From an uncultured Planctomycetota bacterium (GTDB taxonomy: Bacteria; Planctomycetota; Planctomycetia; Isosphaerales; Isosphaeraceae): 64,000 nucleotides of DNA. The notes beneath the pieces are model-generated. The model ran no database searches, had not been told where the DNA came from, and saw only the letters and a list, made by a program, of their open reading frames with translations. Both the position numbers and the translations under genes were made by a program. Each line of letters starts with the position of its first letter. The first letter of the stretch is position 1. Of this stretch, positions 59,802-64,000 are shown piece by piece. The DNA lies in the NCBI GenBank assembly GCA_963737655.1, contig CAVTTN010000002.1, positions 5,056,001 to 5,120,000 on the forward strand, in the 5' to 3' direction.

Positions 59802-61154
59802 TCAGAGCAATTCCTCGATCACCCGACCATCGGAGCCGATCGCGATCGGCCGGCCGGAGCGATCGACGAACGAGGTCTCCGGGTCGATCCCGAGCTTCCG
59901 GTAGATCGTCACGGCGAGGTCTTGCGGCCGGAGCGGGCGGTCCCTGGGGACTTCGCCTCGCGAGTTCGACGAGCCGATGACCTGCCCGCCCTTCACGCCG
60001 CCTCCGGCCACCAAAACGCTCATGACCTCGCCCCAGTGGTCCCGGCCGGGGACCGGATCGACGCCGGGCACGCCTCCGGTGTTGATCCGAGGCGTCCGGC
60101 CGAACTCGCCCATCACCAGGACCATCGTCGAGTCCAGCATCCCCCGGGTTTCCAGGTCGTCCACCAGGGTAGCCACGGCGCGATCGACGTTCGGCACCGC
60201 GCTCTTCACCGATTTTTCCAGGCTGGAATGCATGTCCCAGCCCCCGAAGGTGAGCGTGACGAACCGGACGCCGGCGCCCACGAGGCGGCGGGCGACCAGG
60301 GCCGATTGGCCCCAGGTGTTCCGGCCGTAGCGGTCGCGAAGATGAGGGCTCTCGCGCTTCAGGTCGAACGCCGCGCGGGCCTCGGGGCCGGAGATCATGG
60401 CGAAGGCTTGCTGGCCGAAGCGGTCCAGGCCGTCCATCAGGCCCGAGGCATCGGCGTCGGTTCGGGCCGAGTCGAACGCCGAGAGCAGGGCCCGGCGGTC
60501 GGCCAGCCGGCGGACGTCCACGTCTCCCGGGGGCGAGAGGTTCGCCACCCCGTAGCCGTCGGAGTTCGGGTCGCCGTCGGCCGAGAACGGCCCGTGGGCC
60601 ACGCCCAGATACGCCGCGCCGTGATAGCCCGGCACCAGGCCGACGGAATGGGTGTTCGGCAGGCCGACGTAGGCCGGCATCCCCGACGTCTTCGCCCCCT
60701 TGACCTTCGCCACGACCGACCCGATCGACGGGTATTTGGGCGAAAGATTCGTCGAGTTCGAGCCGAGGTATCCGGTGAGCATCCAGTGGGCGGCGGCGAA
60801 GTGGTCGCCGTTGTCGTGGTGCATCGACCGGATGATGGTCATCTTGTCCATCAAGCGGGCGTGCTCGGGCATGAGCTCGGAGACCTGGACGCCCGGGACG
60901 GCCGTGGGGATCGCCTTCAACGGGCCTCGAAATTCCGTCGGGGCGTCGGGCTTGGGGTCATACGTCTCGTGCTGAGGGGGCCCGCCGTCGAGCCAGACGA
61001 GGATCACCGAGAGGTCGCCGCCGGGCGCCTGCGGCCTCGCCGTCGCCCGGAGCCGCAAGACGTCGGGCAGGGTCAGGCCCGAGAGGCCCAGGACGCCCAC
61101 CTTCAACAGCGATCGCCGCGAGAGGCCCGGTCGGATCGGTCGGGAGTCGCTCAT
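59802..61154 (-). CDS. DUF1501 protein (Tat-like signal)
   Basis: SRRSLLK, WLDGGP...TYDPKP, GGWDMH, GEFGRTP and GRDHW. Confidence 0.93.
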   Translation of the reverse strand: MSDSRPIRPGLSRRSLLKVGVLGLSGLTLPDVLRLRATARPQAPGGDLSVILVWLDGGPPQHETYDPKPDAPTEFRGPLKAIPTAVPGVQVSELMPEHARLMDKMTIIRSMHHDNGDHFAAAHWMLTGYLGSNSTNLSPKYPSIGSVVAKVKGAKTSGMPAYVGLPNTHSVGLVPGYHGAAYLGVAHGPFSADGDPNSDGYGVANLSPPGDVDVRRLADRRALLSAFDSARTDADASGLMDGLDRFGQQAFAMISGPEARAAFDLKRESPHLRDRYGRNTWGQSALVARRLVGAGVRFVTLTFGGWDMHSSLEKSVKSAVPNVDRAVATLVDDLETRGMLDSTMVLVMGEFGRTPRINTGGVPGVDPVPGRDHWGEVMSVLVAGGGVKGGQVIGSSNSRGEVPRDRPLRPQDLAVTIYRKLGIDPETSFVDRSGRPIAIGSDGRVIEELL

Positions 61155-61178
61155 GGGTCCACCCCCATCGGGAGAGAA

Positions 61179-63637
61179 TCAATCGTTGAACTGGAACTCC
61201 CTGGCATTCATCAGGGCCCAGAGGATGTCCTCATAGGCCCGCTTCACGTCCTGCGGCGTCGTCTTCGAGGCCACGTGGGCCTCGGACGCGGCCTTCTCGG
61301 TCGGCGAGGGCAGCCGACCGAACGCGGCGAGGAACACCTCGTCGATTTTTTCCGCCGCCGGCCTCGGGTCCTTCGCCAAACGGTCGGCGCGGCCGGCGGG
61401 CCTCGCCAGCTTTTGATGCACGTCCTGCGAATTCATGAGCACGAGGCTCTGCGCCAGGCTCGCGTCGGTCAGGCGCTCGCACTCGCAGGCGGTGTCGCGT
61501 TTGGGACGGCCGAAGGCGTCGAGGAACGAGTTGCTCACGGCCTCGTCGGGCAGGTCGATCGCCCGCGTGCCTTTCGGCATCGACCGGAATTCGGACGGCG
61601 ACTCGGTCACGGCGGCCACGGCGTCCAGGAGGACCTCGGCCGGCATTCGCCGGGGGTCATGCCGGGCGAACCCCTGGCGATCGGCGGCGTTCGCCTCGTT
61701 CGGGACGCTGGAGAGGCCGTAAACCCGGCTGGTGGCGATCGTCCGGATCAGCGCCTTCAGGTCGTACCCGCCCTTCGCGAACCGATCGGCCAGGGCGTCG
61801 AGCAGTTCGGGGTCGGTCGGCGGGTTGGAGGCGCGGAGGTCGTCGATCGGCTCGTACAGCCCCCGGCCGAAGAAGTGGCTCCAGTAGCGATTCACGAGCG
61901 CCCGGGCGAAGAACGGGTTGGACGGCTCGGTCAGCCACCCGGTCAGGGCGGTCCGCGGGTCGTCGTCGGGGTCGTCGTCCGGGGCCGGCGAGCCCGGGGG
62001 CTTCGGCGCCATCACCGCGTTGGTCTTCGGGTGGCGGACGGCCCCCCCGGGCCGGAAATAGACGATTTCATCCGACCGCCCCGCCATCGTCCCGGCCGGC
62101 GAGGGCTTCTTGCCGACCCTCGCGAAGAACGCCGCGAAGCCGAAGTAATCGTCCTGGCTCCACGTCTCGAACGGGTGGTGATGGCACCGGGCGCACTGGA
62201 GCCTCATCCCCAGGAACACCTGCGCCGTCTCGTCCACGGCCGATTCGGGCGTCTTCAAATGCCGATACCAGACCACCGGAGGCGACGCCTCGGGAGGCCC
62301 CGACGCCGTCAAAATCGACCGGACGAAGCGGTCGTACGGCACATTTTCCGACAGCGACCGCTTGATCCAGTCGTGGAACCGATAGTTCCCCGGGCCGAAC
62401 TTCTCGTTGCCGTCGCGCTTCACGCGGAGGACGTCGGCCCACTTCGTTGCGAAGAACGCCGCGTACTCGGGACGCTCCAGGAGGCTGTCAATCAGCTTGA
62501 TTCGCTTGTCGGCCGAGGGGTCGGCGACGAACCGGCGGACCTCCTCGGGGGTCGGCAGCGTCCCGGTGATGTCCAGGCTGGCCCGGCGGAGGAATTCGGC
62601 GTCGGTGGAGGGCCCGAGGGCGTCAGGCCGAGCGTTTTCCATCGCTTCGACACGAGTTCATCGACGAAATTCGCCGGCTCGAACCCGGCGATCTCGGCCC
62701 CTCCGCCGTTGCGGGGGACGGTCGCCCGGTACACGGCCACCAGGCCCTGATAGCGGGCCATCACGGCCGCCGACCCGCCCGAGGCCCGCGCCTCGACCCT
62801 CCCGCCGTCGCTCACGGAGGCCAGCTCCGGCTCGTTCGATTGGAACTGGGCCCGGCGGGTCACGTCCTCGGTCGATCCGTCCCCGTAAACCGCCGAGACG
62901 AGCAGTTGCCGGCCGTCGTTCGGGGCGAGGACGTCGCCCGGCGGGTCGATCACGATCCTCGCCACCCGGGCCGCCCCCTCGACCTTGCGGGGCATCCCCG
63001 AGGCGATCCATCGCCGGAGAATCCGGTCCTCGATCGACCCTCGGACGAGCCTCCGGCCTCCTCCGTGGGGGACGTCGCCCACGGCCTTCGCCCTCAGCAG
63101 GCTTCGCTCGGGAGAGGCCGGAAACACGCGGCGCCCCCGGCCTTCCTCGACGATCGTCTGATAGTCCAACTCGGGCTCGAAACCCAGCAGGCTCAGGCGG
63201 AACCCGTTCTGGCCGCTCGCCTTGCCGTGGCACCCCCCGGCGTTGCACCCGAGCTTCGTGAACAGGGGGACGACCGATTCGGCGAAGTCGATCGGAGGGG
63301 GCGAGGCCACGTCGCGGACCGTCACCGGGACGCGGACCCTGCGATCCCCCACGCTCACCACGACCGCCGTGGTCCCCTCGCCCCGCGCCGAGACGCCCCC
63401 CAGCGCGTCGGCCTCGGCGATCGTCGGGTCCTCCGAGCGAAACGAGGCCGTCGCGGTCAGGTCTCGGCCGATCGGGTCCGCGATCGCGAGCTGCTGGACC
63501 GCCTCGGGCCCGCGGAGGCTCACCGATTCGGGCCGGGCGCGGAGCCCGTCGTCGGCCCGGAGCCGGACCTCCCCGATCGCCAGCCCTCCGATCAGGCCAA
63601 GTCCCAGGAGGAACCGGCGGCCTCGCGATCGATCCAT
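61179..63637 (-). CDS. DUF1549/DUF1553 (PSD1) protein with Ig-like domains (frameshift near 62611)
   Basis: GCNAGGCHG, FLRRASLDITG.LP, CARCHHHP, NRYW.HFFGRG and CECER. Confidence 0.9.
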
Positions 63638-63822
63638 CGCGGCCCCCTCTCGGCGGTTCGGCCGACGACCATCCTCACGCCTCGACTCTGACCGAACTCT
63701 AGCGTCCCGATCGCCGGCTCGCAACCCATTGTTCAACCAATCTTTCACAATCGGCGGCCGGCCTGATCTTGAAATGATGTGCATATTTTCCAAGACTGGA
63801 CGGCCGAAAACGTGATCACAAT

Positions 63823-63883
63823 TCGTAGGGCAGGCCTCGGCCTGCCGAACCCCGAAGACGGCAGGCCGAGGCCTGCCCTACGA
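63823..63883. repeat. Family D GTAG REP doublet
   Basis: TCGTAGGGCAGGCCTCGGCCTGCCG and its perfect reverse complement. Confidence 0.88.
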
Positions 63884-64000
63884 GAAACTCGCGGGCGGTG
63901 TGGGTCGATCCCGGGCCGGAATTCTTACGCATATTGACACGATGTCATTTTCAATATTTGGAAGCATCAAAGGTCGGCAACCTTGCCTCGCCGGGAAGTT

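Overview
High-GC chromosomal window, most likely from a planctomycete of the Isosphaeraceae type. This is inferred from DUF1559, DUF1501, DUF1549/DUF1553, LEPRxLL-signal and PEP-CTERM proteins. About 58 genes are present: mqnD (partial), an M28 peptidase, a Rad52/Rad22-like annealing protein, a decayed ParE/RelE-like TA pair, an NtrC-type two-component system facing a sigma54-promoter PDZ gene, glgA-galT-GH57 interrupted by an AT-richer EEP nuclease cassette, a split Bat (DUF58/VWA) locus, queF-DUF62-bioA-bioD, an ECF sigma/anti-sigma pair, a DEAD-box helicase, purEK, an atypical sigma54 activator, rnd and others. I found no rRNA, tRNA, CRISPR array, transposase or integrase. The most striking non-genic signal is a dense set of at least eight short palindromic element families. 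These include REP-like doublets, MITE-like shells carrying REP hairpins (one with a 9-bp target duplication), nested elements, an inverted heptamer array, and REP tags that serve as gene stop codons. Eight single-base frameshifts, mostly in G/C runs, probably reflect long-read errors. All product calls come from motif recognition without database searches.
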